DNA of 64,000 nucleotides from Ignavibacteriota bacterium (lineage in GTDB: Bacteria > Bacteroidota > Ignavibacteria > UBA10030): the NCBI GenBank assembly GCA_003142475.1, contig PLMK01000006.1, forward strand, positions 10,225-74,224, written 5' to 3'. The notes below the pieces were generated by a model. It was not told where the DNA came from and made no database searches. It worked only from the letters and a program-made list of their open reading frames with translations. The translations under genes were made by a program, and so were the position numbers. Positions 20,327 to 28,972 of the stretch are shown in pieces; within the stretch, counting starts at the first letter, position 1; every line of letters begins with the position of its first letter.

Positions 20327-20405
20327 AATCCCAACTCCAGCGACTGCTACACATGCTCCAATGATAGCACGCCAAGAGAGCTTCTCGTGAAATAGAATCC
20401 ATACA
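20308..20405 (-). repeat. 98-bp direct repeat, copy B (functional EamA 3' end; also holds the sensor gene stop codon)
   Basis: Matches 17335-17432; last 51 bp identical. Confidence 0.95.
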
Positions 20406-21202
20406 GTCGGAAGCATAAGAATAGGAACTGTTGCCATAATCGTTGCTGCAACAGCGACAGTTGTTGATGAAATGGCAATGAGGCTGAATGTTACACCAAG
20501 ATATGGGCCAAGGAACGCACCCAGCATTGTGAAATTGAATGCTTTCTGGTCATCTCTGAATACTATAAAAGGGTGTGTAAATCGTCCCGCATAATAATTC
20601 AACGGCAGCAGTACGATGGTAGCGGCAACAGCTCGAATAAAAGTCGCAATAAATCCATTAATTTCTCCTAACGCAAAAGCCTTTTTTGCCAATATAAGTC
20701 CACCAGCCTGACCCGCCGCACCAAGGAGAGCGTACCATAAACCAGTCATAGATATCGGAGTATGATGTGAAGATGGTTCTCTTCGTTCTAGGATAACAAG
20801 AGCAATACCGCCAAGAGTGATGATCATTCCAAGAATAGCTGTGGACGAAAGTGTTTCTTGAAGAAAAAAATACGCAAATACCGCAGTGATAGCGGGTGCC
20901 GTTGACATTATGAGCATACTAATTCGCGCATCGTTATATTCGTACGATTTAAAAAGAAACGTATCGCCGAAAACAAACCCAATTAAACCACTAATGGAAA
21001 GAAACATCACCTGTACAGCAGATACATTCACCTTAATATCGCAAACGACGATAGTCGCAAATAAGAAAACAACCGCCGCAATAAGCCGCACAACATTTAC
21101 GTACACAGAACCGACACGCGTAGTTCCTGCAGCAAAAGCAAGCGCGCTTCCTGTCCACATCACGGCTGTTATAAGAGCGCTTAATTCCCCGGTGTATGAC
21201 AT
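20312..21202 (-). CDS. EamA/DMT-family transporter
   Basis: About 10 hydrophobic helices in two repeats; FLQETLS and LFHEKLSWRAIIG motifs. Confidence 0.9.
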   Translation of the reverse strand: MSYTGELSALITAVMWTGSALAFAAGTTRVGSVYVNVVRLIAAVVFLFATIVVCDIKVNVSAVQVMFLSISGLIGFVFGDTFLFKSYEYNDARISMLIMSTAPAITAVFAYFFLQETLSSTAILGMIITLGGIALVILERREPSSHHTPISMTGLWYALLGAAGQAGGLILAKKAFALGEINGFIATFIRAVAATIVLLPLNYYAGRFTHPFIVFRDDQKAFNFTMLGAFLGPYLGVTFSLIAISSTTVAVAATIMATVPILMLPTVWILFHEKLSWRAIIGACVAVAGVGILFLR

Positions 21203-21357
21203 ACGATTAAAAATTTGTTTTCAAGTGGCATTGATTAAAAAGTGCATGCAAGGTAGGAAATTCTCCAACGAAAAGCAGGTAATCACAAATCAACCTGCTT
21301 TGAGAATTCGATGTAATCATTTTTTCTGGTTGCAGACTTCCTTACAGATAACGTTCT

Positions 21358-22149
21358 TCAAGTTTTTCTCTTTTGTTGAACTTTTTTTACTAGCTTCCCA
21401 GGGAATGATCGCGGCAAAAATCGGACTACTTGAGTACCAAGCCAATTTTTCCATCCTGAAATAACAAGCGGCTTTCCTTTCATCAACCCTTTATACCCGT
21501 CAAGCGCAACCTCTTGAGAATCCATCGACAACATACCGCCCATAAGTATTTCATTTGTAAAACCAGCTCTCTTTCCAAATCCTGTAGCTGTCGGGCCGGG
21601 ACAAAGCGTTGTAACTGTTATGCCTGTTCCTCGCAATTCTTCCGACAATGCCTCTGAGAAGCTTAGCACATAAGCTTTTGATGCATAGTATATAGCCATC
21701 AGCGGACCGGGTTGAAACGCGGCTGTCGATGCAACATTTAATATTTTTCCGCGCTTTCGTTCAATCATTCCTGGCAATAAGAGCCGTGTGAGATGTGTAA
21801 GCGCTATAATGTTCACTTGAATCATTTCCAAAGCATTAGTAAGTTCCATTTGTGCAAACTCACCGCGCCAACCAAAACCAGCATTGTTGACAAGTACATC
21901 AATGTTAATCATCTCACTTTTAAGTGATCGGACAATTTCATCTGATGCGGATGAAACAGATAAATCTTTAGAATAATATTTTACTTGTATGTTATATGTT
22001 TTTTCTAATTCATCAGCAATAGTTTTCAATTTATCATAACTGCGTGCAATAAGAACAAGATTGTACCCGTCACGCGCAAAAAGTTTTACCAACTCCAAGC
22101 CAATCCCGCCTGAGGCACCTGTAATGAGCGCAATAGGTTTTATATTCAT
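21358..22149 (-). CDS. Short-chain dehydrogenase/reductase
   Basis: TGASGGIG, NNAGFG, NVAS, YYASK catalytic motif. Confidence 0.92.
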   Translation of the reverse strand: MNIKPIALITGASGGIGLELVKLFARDGYNLVLIARSYDKLKTIADELEKTYNIQVKYYSKDLSVSSASDEIVRSLKSEMINIDVLVNNAGFGWRGEFAQMELTNALEMIQVNIIALTHLTRLLLPGMIERKRGKILNVASTAAFQPGPLMAIYYASKAYVLSFSEALSEELRGTGITVTTLCPGPTATGFGKRAGFTNEILMGGMLSMDSQEVALDGYKGLMKGKPLVISGWKNWLGTQVVRFLPRSFPGKLVKKVQQKRKT

Positions 22150-22181
22150 AATAATTCCTTATTAATTACGTGTCAATTTCG

Positions 22182-23609
22182 TTACTTCACATACATCTCG
22201 ATCATCCGTTCAATAGCTGCGGCACAGACAGGATCAAAGTCCACCGGGTTCAAAGCAAACATCTTGCAGTCTATAGCAGGACGATACATGTCTTTCGACG
22301 TGTATCCTGAACCTTCAAATGCGCCGACGATTCCATTCCATTGAGGATTTTTTAGAATTTCGTTTGAACTTTTTAATAATCCTTCACGCTTCTCATAGTA
22401 ATCGGAAGCAAGACGGTCTAAATTACCTCTCAATGTCTCAATGCTATCGTACTTTGTTTTTTGCCAAGGTGTTGGAACTGGTGTGTCCAATGAAATAAAG
22501 TTGTGCCATTTTAAATTTTCTTTTGTATTCGTGCGCGTTACATTGGGTTCCCACGGTTCAACACCCTTCGGATAGAAGTCAACATATGAAACCTGCGAGC
22601 TGTAATATTCGTCGCCTAATCCGCCAAAGCAATGGCCAAATTCATGTACATAGACATAGTCCATTTCCGATTCTTGTCCGGCCTTTACAGGTTTCGTAAA
22701 GCAGGTTGTGTAGAGATTGAAGATTCCACCACCGCCATAACGGTTATCGTTCACAAGAATCGTAATAAAATCGTAAGGCGCTACATCAGCGATATCACGT
22801 AACACTCGATTTTCTTCCGTTAAAACGTACCGTGCAGAACCAAATGTGTTGTACATCGTGCCAAGTGCTGTATGTTTCCAAACATTTTGATCCGGTTTAT
22901 CGATGCCGGAATCGTCCGAGATCACTTCCATTGCACGAACGTTGAAATCATTTTTGTGTTTTTTAAATGGCTGGTACGAAAAAAGTTGTTCGGTAAAATG
23001 CTTCGCGTCCTTCCTGAATTTCTCAATGTCTCCTTTTGCATAGCCATCACCGAGGACAAGGATATCCACTTTCTTTTCAATCGAACCGTTGATCATGACA
23101 TCAAATATTTTATACGGGCTCTGCCTTTTTTCCCGATTAATTGCGGTTGGTGAATTTGGATCAACGATGAACGATGCAACTTCTCGGAACGTCATCATCT
23201 CGCCGACCGCTACAAATTTATCGCGTCTGAAAAAGCTGATAATAACTTTTTGTTTCGGAAATGGTAACCGAACAGTTTCATGAAATGTCCGCCACGATCC
23301 GCTCAACGCTTCTTCCGTGGTTTGCCATTCACCAAATACTGTTGAATAACCGCGTGAATAAAGAAGCAAATTAGTTTGAAGATCGCTTACCTTCACAAAA
23401 CAATCGCCGAGATTGAGTGTATCGAGCAAATTCACTTTGCTGCCGGGCCAGTCGCTTTCTTCGTACACACGATCCAGTGTGATTTGTTCTTGTCCTTTTG
23501 TGCCGATGTGATAGTAATCCACACGCATAGTGGAATTGGTAAAATATTTATCGTAGTTCTGAGCGAAGGAAAGGGAAATTGTGAAGAAAAGAAGGAATAA
23601 CATTTTCAT
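22182..23609 (-). CDS. Exported M64-family (IgA peptidase-like) metallopeptidase
   Basis: Signal peptide; DILVLGDGY, YGGGG, HEFGHCFGGLGDEY zinc motif, YRPAIDCKM...C. Confidence 0.85.
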   Translation of the reverse strand: MKMLFLLFFTISLSFAQNYDKYFTNSTMRVDYYHIGTKGQEQITLDRVYEESDWPGSKVNLLDTLNLGDCFVKVSDLQTNLLLYSRGYSTVFGEWQTTEEALSGSWRTFHETVRLPFPKQKVIISFFRRDKFVAVGEMMTFREVASFIVDPNSPTAINREKRQSPYKIFDVMINGSIEKKVDILVLGDGYAKGDIEKFRKDAKHFTEQLFSYQPFKKHKNDFNVRAMEVISDDSGIDKPDQNVWKHTALGTMYNTFGSARYVLTEENRVLRDIADVAPYDFITILVNDNRYGGGGIFNLYTTCFTKPVKAGQESEMDYVYVHEFGHCFGGLGDEYYSSQVSYVDFYPKGVEPWEPNVTRTNTKENLKWHNFISLDTPVPTPWQKTKYDSIETLRGNLDRLASDYYEKREGLLKSSNEILKNPQWNGIVGAFEGSGYTSKDMYRPAIDCKMFALNPVDFDPVCAAAIERMIEMYVK

Positions 23610-23773
23610 ATCTAAATCCCTATTATATAAAATTAGGCAATCATATACTTAACAACCCTTGGGATATAAAGTATATGATTACCGCAAAACCGAGGTAATT
23701 ATGAAAACTCTTCAAGAAATCTCAATAACTGAGATATGGGCAAATACAACAGGCGTATGTAAACCTTCTACTG

Positions 23774-23983
23774 CTAACGCTCTAAGGCTAATAAGCCAAC
23801 GTATTTCGCGAACTCGATATCCTCGATTTCCAAGTAAGCTTTTGTGGCGAATGCGTCGACAGAGTTTATTGAAGGAATTGCATTCGATTTTACAAGCAGA
23901 GTTTCAAGTGCAAGATTCCGCGCCTTTAACTGAATCAAAGCCTTGATTACAAAATCCATTTCAGGAGAATTTGTTTTTGACAT
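23774..23983 (-). CDS. Small hypothetical IS passenger protein
   Basis: GGAGGT RBS before ATG 23983; 69 aa. Confidence 0.45.
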   Translation of the reverse strand: MSKTNSPEMDFVIKALIQLKARNLALETLLVKSNAIPSINSVDAFATKAYLEIEDIEFAKYVGLLALER

Positions 23984-24187
23984 AAGACCTCCAACCATTG
24001 GTTAAAAAGGATAGTTAATTTATGGGTAATTCTACAACAAAATCCAAGACTTTGATTAAATCAAATGAACGCATAATCAAAGCGATAAGTTTATTAAACA
24101 AGGCGTTAATTCAAAAAAGTATGTTCCTTAGTACATTCTCATTTGACGGAACAACATCAGATGATGGAGGTGTGAAGATAGAAGCCA

Positions 24188-24379
24188 CTATTTGGATTTT
24201 GTCAGACGGTCATAAATTGTCCGATAAACATTAAACACCTTGTCTAACGGACTTTCTACATTGCCAAGCTTTTTTCTCATGTCTTCTGCTATCGCAGATT
24301 GTGGCGTTCGTTCTGGTTTAATAGAAAGGTAAGCAATGGTAAGATTGCTGGCAACGATAGCACGAGTATTTTCATCCAT
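24188..24379 (-). CDS. Small hypothetical IS passenger protein
   Basis: AAGGAG RBS; 63 aa MDENTRAIVASNLTIAY... Confidence 0.5.
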   Translation of the reverse strand: MDENTRAIVASNLTIAYLSIKPERTPQSAIAEDMRKKLGNVESPLDKVFNVYRTIYDRLTKSK

Positions 24380-24406
24380 AGGGTCTCCTTTGGGTATATT
24401 ATTTAG

Positions 24407-24634
24407 TCATCTATTATTTTGGGAAATAATTTCTCTGAGATTCTCGTTAATTTCGATCAGAACAAATATAGAACCACATGATAATGTTGCGATTATAAAT
24501 CCGCATATAATACCAAGAATAGCACCCGGAAGACCGTTAAAATATGATCCGCCTGCAATGGCACAGAAAAGAATCATAATCCAATATAGGAAGAGCATCA
24601 TAGTATGAAGAGATTCTACAATAAATTTAGCCAT
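24407..24634 (-). CDS. Small 2-TM hypothetical IS passenger protein
   Basis: Start moved to ATG 24634 (GAGG upstream); two hydrophobic helices then IEINENLREI. Confidence 0.5.
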   Translation of the reverse strand: MAKFIVESLHTMMLFLYWIMILFCAIAGGSYFNGLPGAILGIICGFIIATLSCGSIFVLIEINENLREIISQNNR

Positions 24635-24742
24635 GAGAGAGGCCTCTTTGATGGAGTTTGGAAGACAGTGGATTGCGGTAAATATCCATAGAAACAACAG
24701 TAAAATCAAACTAAAAAAAGATAAAATAAATACATTAGGCAC

Positions 24743-24771
24743 TTGACAACCCATAAAATATGTTGTATATT
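24743..24771 (+). promoter_or_regulatory. Sigma70-type promoter of the transposase
   Basis: TTGACA-17 bp-TATATT, about 30 bp upstream of the transposase ATG. Confidence 0.75.
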
Positions 24772-24800
24772 TTAGGTAGTTAAATAACCTAAGGAACATT

Positions 24801-25718
24801 ATGAAAACCGTTGCAAAACATACCGAACCGAAAATACAAAGCTTATTAGATGTTGAAAAAGTATTCCCAGATGAAAAAACATGTATTGAATATATGATTC
24901 AAAAGCGTTGGAACGGTAAGCCAAGATGCCCACACTGTGATAGTGAAAAAGTATATCGCTATTCAGACAACAAGCGGTTCAAGTGCCCCGCTTGTGCTAA
25001 ACAGTTCACAATAAAAATTGGTACCATCTTTGAAGATTCACCTCTTTCATTGCAAAAATGGTTCTTTGCAATATTCTTACTTACAGCACACAAAAAAGGA
25101 ATTTCATCTTGTCAATTGGCAAGAGATATTCATGTAACACAAAAATCAGCATGGTTTATGACTCAAAGAATTCGTGAATTGATGAAAACAAATTCCTTTG
25201 AAAAGAAATTAAACGGAATAGTTGAAGCAGATGAAACTTACGTCGGCGGAAAGAAACATAGTGGCAAACGTGGACGCGGTTCTGAGAACAAAACGCCAGT
25301 ATTCGGAATGGTAGCAAGACAGGGCGACGTAAGGACTATGCCAGTTGAAAGAGTGAACGGCGAAACCTTAAAAGGACTTATCCGAAAGAACGTAGACCTT
25401 AACGCCGTAGTAATGACAGACGAATGGACTGCGTATAATAATCTTTCCAATGAATTCAAACATGAAGTAATCAACCACAGTTCAAAAGAATATGTGAGAG
25501 GCAATATTCACACAAACAACATTGAAAACTTTTGGAGTTTGCTTAAACGCGGTATAGTAGGAATTTATCATCATGTTGATCCTAAACATTTACATCGCTA
25601 TACCGATGAATTTCAGTATCGTTATAATTCAAGAAAAATTACCGACGCAGATAGATTCACGCAAATTTTAAGTCAATGCGAAGGACGCTTGACATATGCA
25701 ACGCTTATTAATAAATAG
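24801..25718 (+). CDS. IS1595-family (ISXO2-like) DDE transposase
   Basis: Zn finger CPHC...CPAC; HTH GISSCQLARDIHVTQKSAWFM; VEADETYVGG, TDEWTAY, HTNNIENFWSLLKRG, YTDEFQYRYN. Confidence 0.97.
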   Translation: MKTVAKHTEPKIQSLLDVEKVFPDEKTCIEYMIQKRWNGKPRCPHCDSEKVYRYSDNKRFKCPACAKQFTIKIGTIFEDSPLSLQKWFFAIFLLTAHKKGISSCQLARDIHVTQKSAWFMTQRIRELMKTNSFEKKLNGIVEADETYVGGKKHSGKRGRGSENKTPVFGMVARQGDVRTMPVERVNGETLKGLIRKNVDLNAVVMTDEWTAYNNLSNEFKHEVINHSSKEYVRGNIHTNNIENFWSLLKRGIVGIYHHVDPKHLHRYTDEFQYRYNSRKITDADRFTQILSQCEGRLTYATLINK

Positions 25719-25726
25719 GTGTTATT

Positions 25727-26230
25727 ATGAAACATCAAAAAACAAACGAAGAGAAATTCCCTTCTGTAAAATACGCTTATGAACTTTCGCTTCAATCTTA
25801 TGATTGGGCGATTAAACGGTTAGATGCGATAGATAATACTATTGCAAGTTTCACAGGATGGATAACGACAATAAATCTTGCTTTAATTACATTGGTGTCG
25901 TCGAGATTTGTTCAAAGTGCGACACAATATTCACCTTTTAAATCCTGTTTATTTTACACCGCGATGGAATTGTTGTTCGTAACGATTATCTATGCTATAA
26001 TTGTGAAAGCAAGAGGATATTTAATCTTAATTACACCAAAACAGCTTTATAATAAATCCCTTCGTTTTTCGGAATGGGAGTTTAAAAGGACGGTAATTGA
26101 AAATGCTAAGAATCATTTTGAGCGAAACAAAGCACTGGTGAATCGTAAGAGTGTTCATCTTACCGTAATCACTCTTTTATTTTTTATAGAAATAATATTA
26201 CTGGTGTTATGGATTGTCCAGATCGGGTAA
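25727..26230 (+). CDS. 3-TM hypothetical IS passenger protein (topology resembles Pycsar/SLATT-type effectors)
   Basis: 8 bp after the transposase stop; 2 TM, soluble linker, then N....RK...L and a final TM. Confidence 0.6.
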   Translation: MKHQKTNEEKFPSVKYAYELSLQSYDWAIKRLDAIDNTIASFTGWITTINLALITLVSSRFVQSATQYSPFKSCLFYTAMELLFVTIIYAIIVKARGYLILITPKQLYNKSLRFSEWEFKRTVIENAKNHFERNKALVNRKSVHLTVITLLFFIEIILLVLWIVQIG

Positions 26231-26350
26231 ATCATCTATATTGGCAGAGAGACTTTTTATCACTTCGCCTAATTCAACGTGATTTTCAGGAGGAGATTTT
26301 TCCTCTTGAACGGATTCTTCGGGAATATCTTTTGAATCATCATCACTCAT
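26207..26350 (-). CDS. Small acidic ORF (47 aa), not in the ORF track
   Basis: GAGG RBS; MSDDDSKDIPEESVQEEKSPPENHVELGEVIKSLSANIDDLPDLDNP; converges on and overlaps the 3-TM gene end. Confidence 0.35.
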   Translation of the reverse strand: MSDDDSKDIPEESVQEEKSPPENHVELGEVIKSLSANIDDLPDLDNP

Positions 26351-26367
26351 AATAACCTCAAGGATAT

Positions 26368-26499
26368 ATGAAAAAAGTTAAACGAAATAAAAAACAAACT
26401 AAGAAGCGGAACAAAGAATACCAAAAGCCGCTTCATATAGATATGCCCTTTGAAGAGGCATTATCTGTAATAGTAAAAGCAAAGCCGACTAAGAAATGA
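26368..26499 (+). CDS. Small basic ORF (43 aa), not in the ORF track
   Basis: AAGGA RBS; MKKVKRNKKQTKKRNKEYQKPLHIDMPFEEALSVIVKAKPTKK. Confidence 0.5.
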   Translation: MKKVKRNKKQTKKRNKEYQKPLHIDMPFEEALSVIVKAKPTKK

Positions 26500-26591
26500 T
26501 TGAAAAGCATATTATAATGCAACAATATAGCTCTAATCCTAAGGGTAGTCAAGTATATGATTGCCTAAATATTTATCTCGTAGAGAAACAA

Positions 26592-26617
26592 TAACGCCCT
26601 CTCTCAAGAGGGCGTTA
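26592..26617 (-). terminator. Intrinsic terminator-like hairpin just outside the IS right end
   Basis: 11-bp stem taacgccctct/agagggcgtta, 4-nt loop, U-rich tail on the minus strand. Confidence 0.6.
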
Positions 26618-26705
26618 GAAATTCGTTATTAGGAGGCTCACCCGGCCTATCTCCAAATATTTTTCGCTTTTTCCTTTTCACTTAATATCTTATACTTGAA
26701 TTATT

Positions 26706-28127
26706 ATGGGACCAATAAAGACAGATGTGATCGTTATCGGCGAAGGCATTACCGGACTTTGTATTGCTTACTGGTTGAAGAAACGCGGCATCAATGTTAC
26801 CGTGCTCGCAAAAGATAGTGAAGTGGGTGGAACAATGAAGTCGGTGCAGGAGCAGGGTTTTCTGTATGAAACTGGGGCAAACACCGCGCTGGAAACAACG
26901 TCTCATTTCAAAGAACTTGTTTCCGACTTGAAGTTGGAATCGGAATTTATCTACGCCAACCCGGAAGGCAAGAATCGTTATATACTTCGTGATAATGTTT
27001 TACACTCGATGCCGTTAGGCCCCGGTTCTTTTTTCTTTACCAGACTTTTTTCCACTGCCGCAAAATTTCGTGTGATGAAAGAACCATTCATTGGCCGCGC
27101 AGAGAACGAAGAAAGTATTGCCGAGTTTGTTGAACGAAGATTGGGACGCGAATTTCTCGACTATGCCATCGATCCGTTCGTGGCAGGTGTTTTTGCCGGC
27201 AAGACAGAACAATTAAGCGTACGATCTGCTTTTCCCAAACTGTATGCGCTGGAAGAAAAGTACGGCGGATTGGTAAAGGGTATGATCAAAGGCGCGCAGG
27301 AAAGAAAACAACGGGCAGAGAAAGCAAAAGATCGAGCTGAAATTTTTTCATTCGTTAGCGGAATGCAAACATTACCGCAAGCTATAGGTAATTCACTTGG
27401 CAAGGTGATTTTTTTTAACGCAAAAGTAACCGGTATTCGTAACCTGACTACTGAACGTAATGAACCATCTGATGATCCAGATGCGCGGCGTTATCTTGTT
27501 GAGTACCTCTACAATGGCAAAGAGGAAGAAATAGAAGCAAACGTTGTCATCTTTGCCATTCCAGCATACGATGCTGCACCTATCATCAAATCATTATCGG
27601 TGGAAACAGCGAATGTGTTGTCGTCCATTTATTACTCTCCGGTTATCTCTGTATTCTTGGGTGTGAAGCGAGAAGATGTTCGACATAAGTTGGATGGTTT
27701 TGGATTTCTTATCCCATCAAAGGAAAAGCGAAATATCCTTGGTTGTTTGTGGAATTCGTGTTTATTCGGCAATCGTGCGCCTGCTGGAATGGCTGCGTTA
27801 AATGTTTTCGTTGGTGGTGCTCGACAGCCAGAATTGACCGGTTTGAACGATGGACAAATTATTCAAGAAACGCTTGATGAACTAAAATCTATTATGCAAT
27901 TTTCAGGAAAACCCGTATATTTGAATATAACGCGCTGGCAAAAATCTATTCCACAATACGAAATAGGTTACCAGCGGAAAATGGATATGCTCGCTAAATT
28001 TGAAGAATCCAACCAAGGTGTTTTGCTGGCTGGAAACTATCGAGGCGGCATTTCGGTTGGCGATTGTGTGAAAAATGCATTTGAGATTGCAGAGGACGTT
28101 TCCTCGCAGGTACTCTCAACACGTTAG
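26706..28127 (+). CDS. hemG: Protoporphyrinogen/coproporphyrinogen oxidase (HemY-type)
   Basis: N-terminal FAD-binding VIVIGEGITGL...VGG; FVERRLGRE, DPFVAGVFAG, GFGFLIP, IPQYEIG, GNYRGGISVGDCV. Confidence 0.9.
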   Translation: MGPIKTDVIVIGEGITGLCIAYWLKKRGINVTVLAKDSEVGGTMKSVQEQGFLYETGANTALETTSHFKELVSDLKLESEFIYANPEGKNRYILRDNVLHSMPLGPGSFFFTRLFSTAAKFRVMKEPFIGRAENEESIAEFVERRLGREFLDYAIDPFVAGVFAGKTEQLSVRSAFPKLYALEEKYGGLVKGMIKGAQERKQRAEKAKDRAEIFSFVSGMQTLPQAIGNSLGKVIFFNAKVTGIRNLTTERNEPSDDPDARRYLVEYLYNGKEEEIEANVVIFAIPAYDAAPIIKSLSVETANVLSSIYYSPVISVFLGVKREDVRHKLDGFGFLIPSKEKRNILGCLWNSCLFGNRAPAGMAALNVFVGGARQPELTGLNDGQIIQETLDELKSIMQFSGKPVYLNITRWQKSIPQYEIGYQRKMDMLAKFEESNQGVLLAGNYRGGISVGDCVKNAFEIAEDVSSQVLSTR

Positions 28128-28161
28128 ACTTTGTTTGATGTTATCCTTGAAAGGATTAAAT

Positions 28162-28866
28162 ATGAAAAAAAATATCGCACTTTTCGTTTCATTGTTTAGT
28201 TTTATTACCACCGCAACACTAATGGCGCAGGTACCACAGCCGGTGTATCAAGATGAAGATACTCCACCTGAATCATTCACAATCCTTCTGAAAGATGAAT
28301 GGGCCTACTTGCGTGACGCCGTTGCCCAATTAAAAAAGGAAACAGAAGTAAGAGACGAATTTGAAACGACACCGGAATTTCAAGCACGTGCGGTTCGTTC
28401 TCGTGATTCCCTTCAAAGTAAACTGGATAAGCACCTCCAAGAGACAAAGTTAGATCACAGAATTTTTGGTTTGTGGTTTAAAGCAACACTCGTATCATAC
28501 AACGCGGACGCGGGAATATATTCTGTGAAATGTACGGCGACTGTCGAAGCACCTTACAGCATTCCAAGCGTGGATTGTATTGTTCCATCTAATCCGTATG
28601 TTGATTTAGCAGACAGTATTCGAGGCGGTTATCGGTCATCGAGCATCTTTATGAAGTTTAATCCGGATTTTGAGTGGAAAGTTGGAAGAGGTGAAGCGCG
28701 ATCAGCAAAAGGAAACGAAGCCAACATATTTTTTAAAATTCATTTTATCGTAGGCTTGACGCAGGAAAGATCTGCCAATCATGGACAATTGAAAATAATC
28801 CCCAAAGATATTTCATTGATGAATCGAAGCAATAATTATGTGTATTGGAAAGAAGAAATAAGGTAG
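28162..28866 (+). CDS. Exported hypothetical protein
   Basis: Start moved to ATG 28162 (AAGGA upstream, signal peptide); RDEFETTPEFQAR motif. Confidence 0.7.
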   Translation: MKKNIALFVSLFSFITTATLMAQVPQPVYQDEDTPPESFTILLKDEWAYLRDAVAQLKKETEVRDEFETTPEFQARAVRSRDSLQSKLDKHLQETKLDHRIFGLWFKATLVSYNADAGIYSVKCTATVEAPYSIPSVDCIVPSNPYVDLADSIRGGYRSSSIFMKFNPDFEWKVGRGEARSAKGNEANIFFKIHFIVGLTQERSANHGQLKIIPKDISLMNRSNNYVYWKEEIR

Positions 28867-28889
28867 GGACGAAGAAAGTAATTGAATAG

Positions 28890-28924
28890 AATACAATGGG
28901 CGGCTTCAAGCCGCCCATTGTATT
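28890..28924. terminator. Bidirectional intrinsic terminator between convergent genes
   Basis: aatacaatgggcggctt-c-aagccgcccattgtatt perfect inverted repeat. Confidence 0.85.
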
Positions 28925-28972
28925 TTCAAAAAGATGATCTGCAAAATTCTCTAATCTAAAACGGGAAAGTTT

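Larger units (their letters stand above)
23636..26565 (+). mobile_element. IS1595-family element (2930 bp) carrying passenger ORFs
   Basis: 30-bp terminal IRs, ggcaatcatatacttaacaacccttgggat versus reverse complement ggcaatcatatacttgactacccttaggat (27/30); central IS1595 transposase; AT-rich interior; flanks taaaatta and taaatatt are not a perfect duplication. Confidence 0.92.

Noticed and set aside
17335..20405. 98-bp repeat pair as a diversity-generating retroelement TR/VR
   Set aside because: Mismatches are not adenine-specific on either strand, are mostly synonymous, and no reverse transcriptase is present
20886..21464. 192-aa plus-strand ORF and the many other 60-160 aa ORFs antisense to or nested in clear genes
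   Set aside because: Shadow frames of well-supported genes, with no recognisable motifs
24052..24064. FNR-like box ttgat-taa-atcaa
   Set aside because: Spacer is 3 nt instead of 4 and it lies within IS passenger DNA
23628..26573. 8-bp target site duplication of the IS
   Set aside because: Flanks taaaatta and taaatatt match at only 5 of 8 positions, so no TSD is claimed
26610..26656. Fluoride riboswitch resemblance (GGAGAT...CTCC)
   Set aside because: The pseudoknot and the conserved downstream motif are not present
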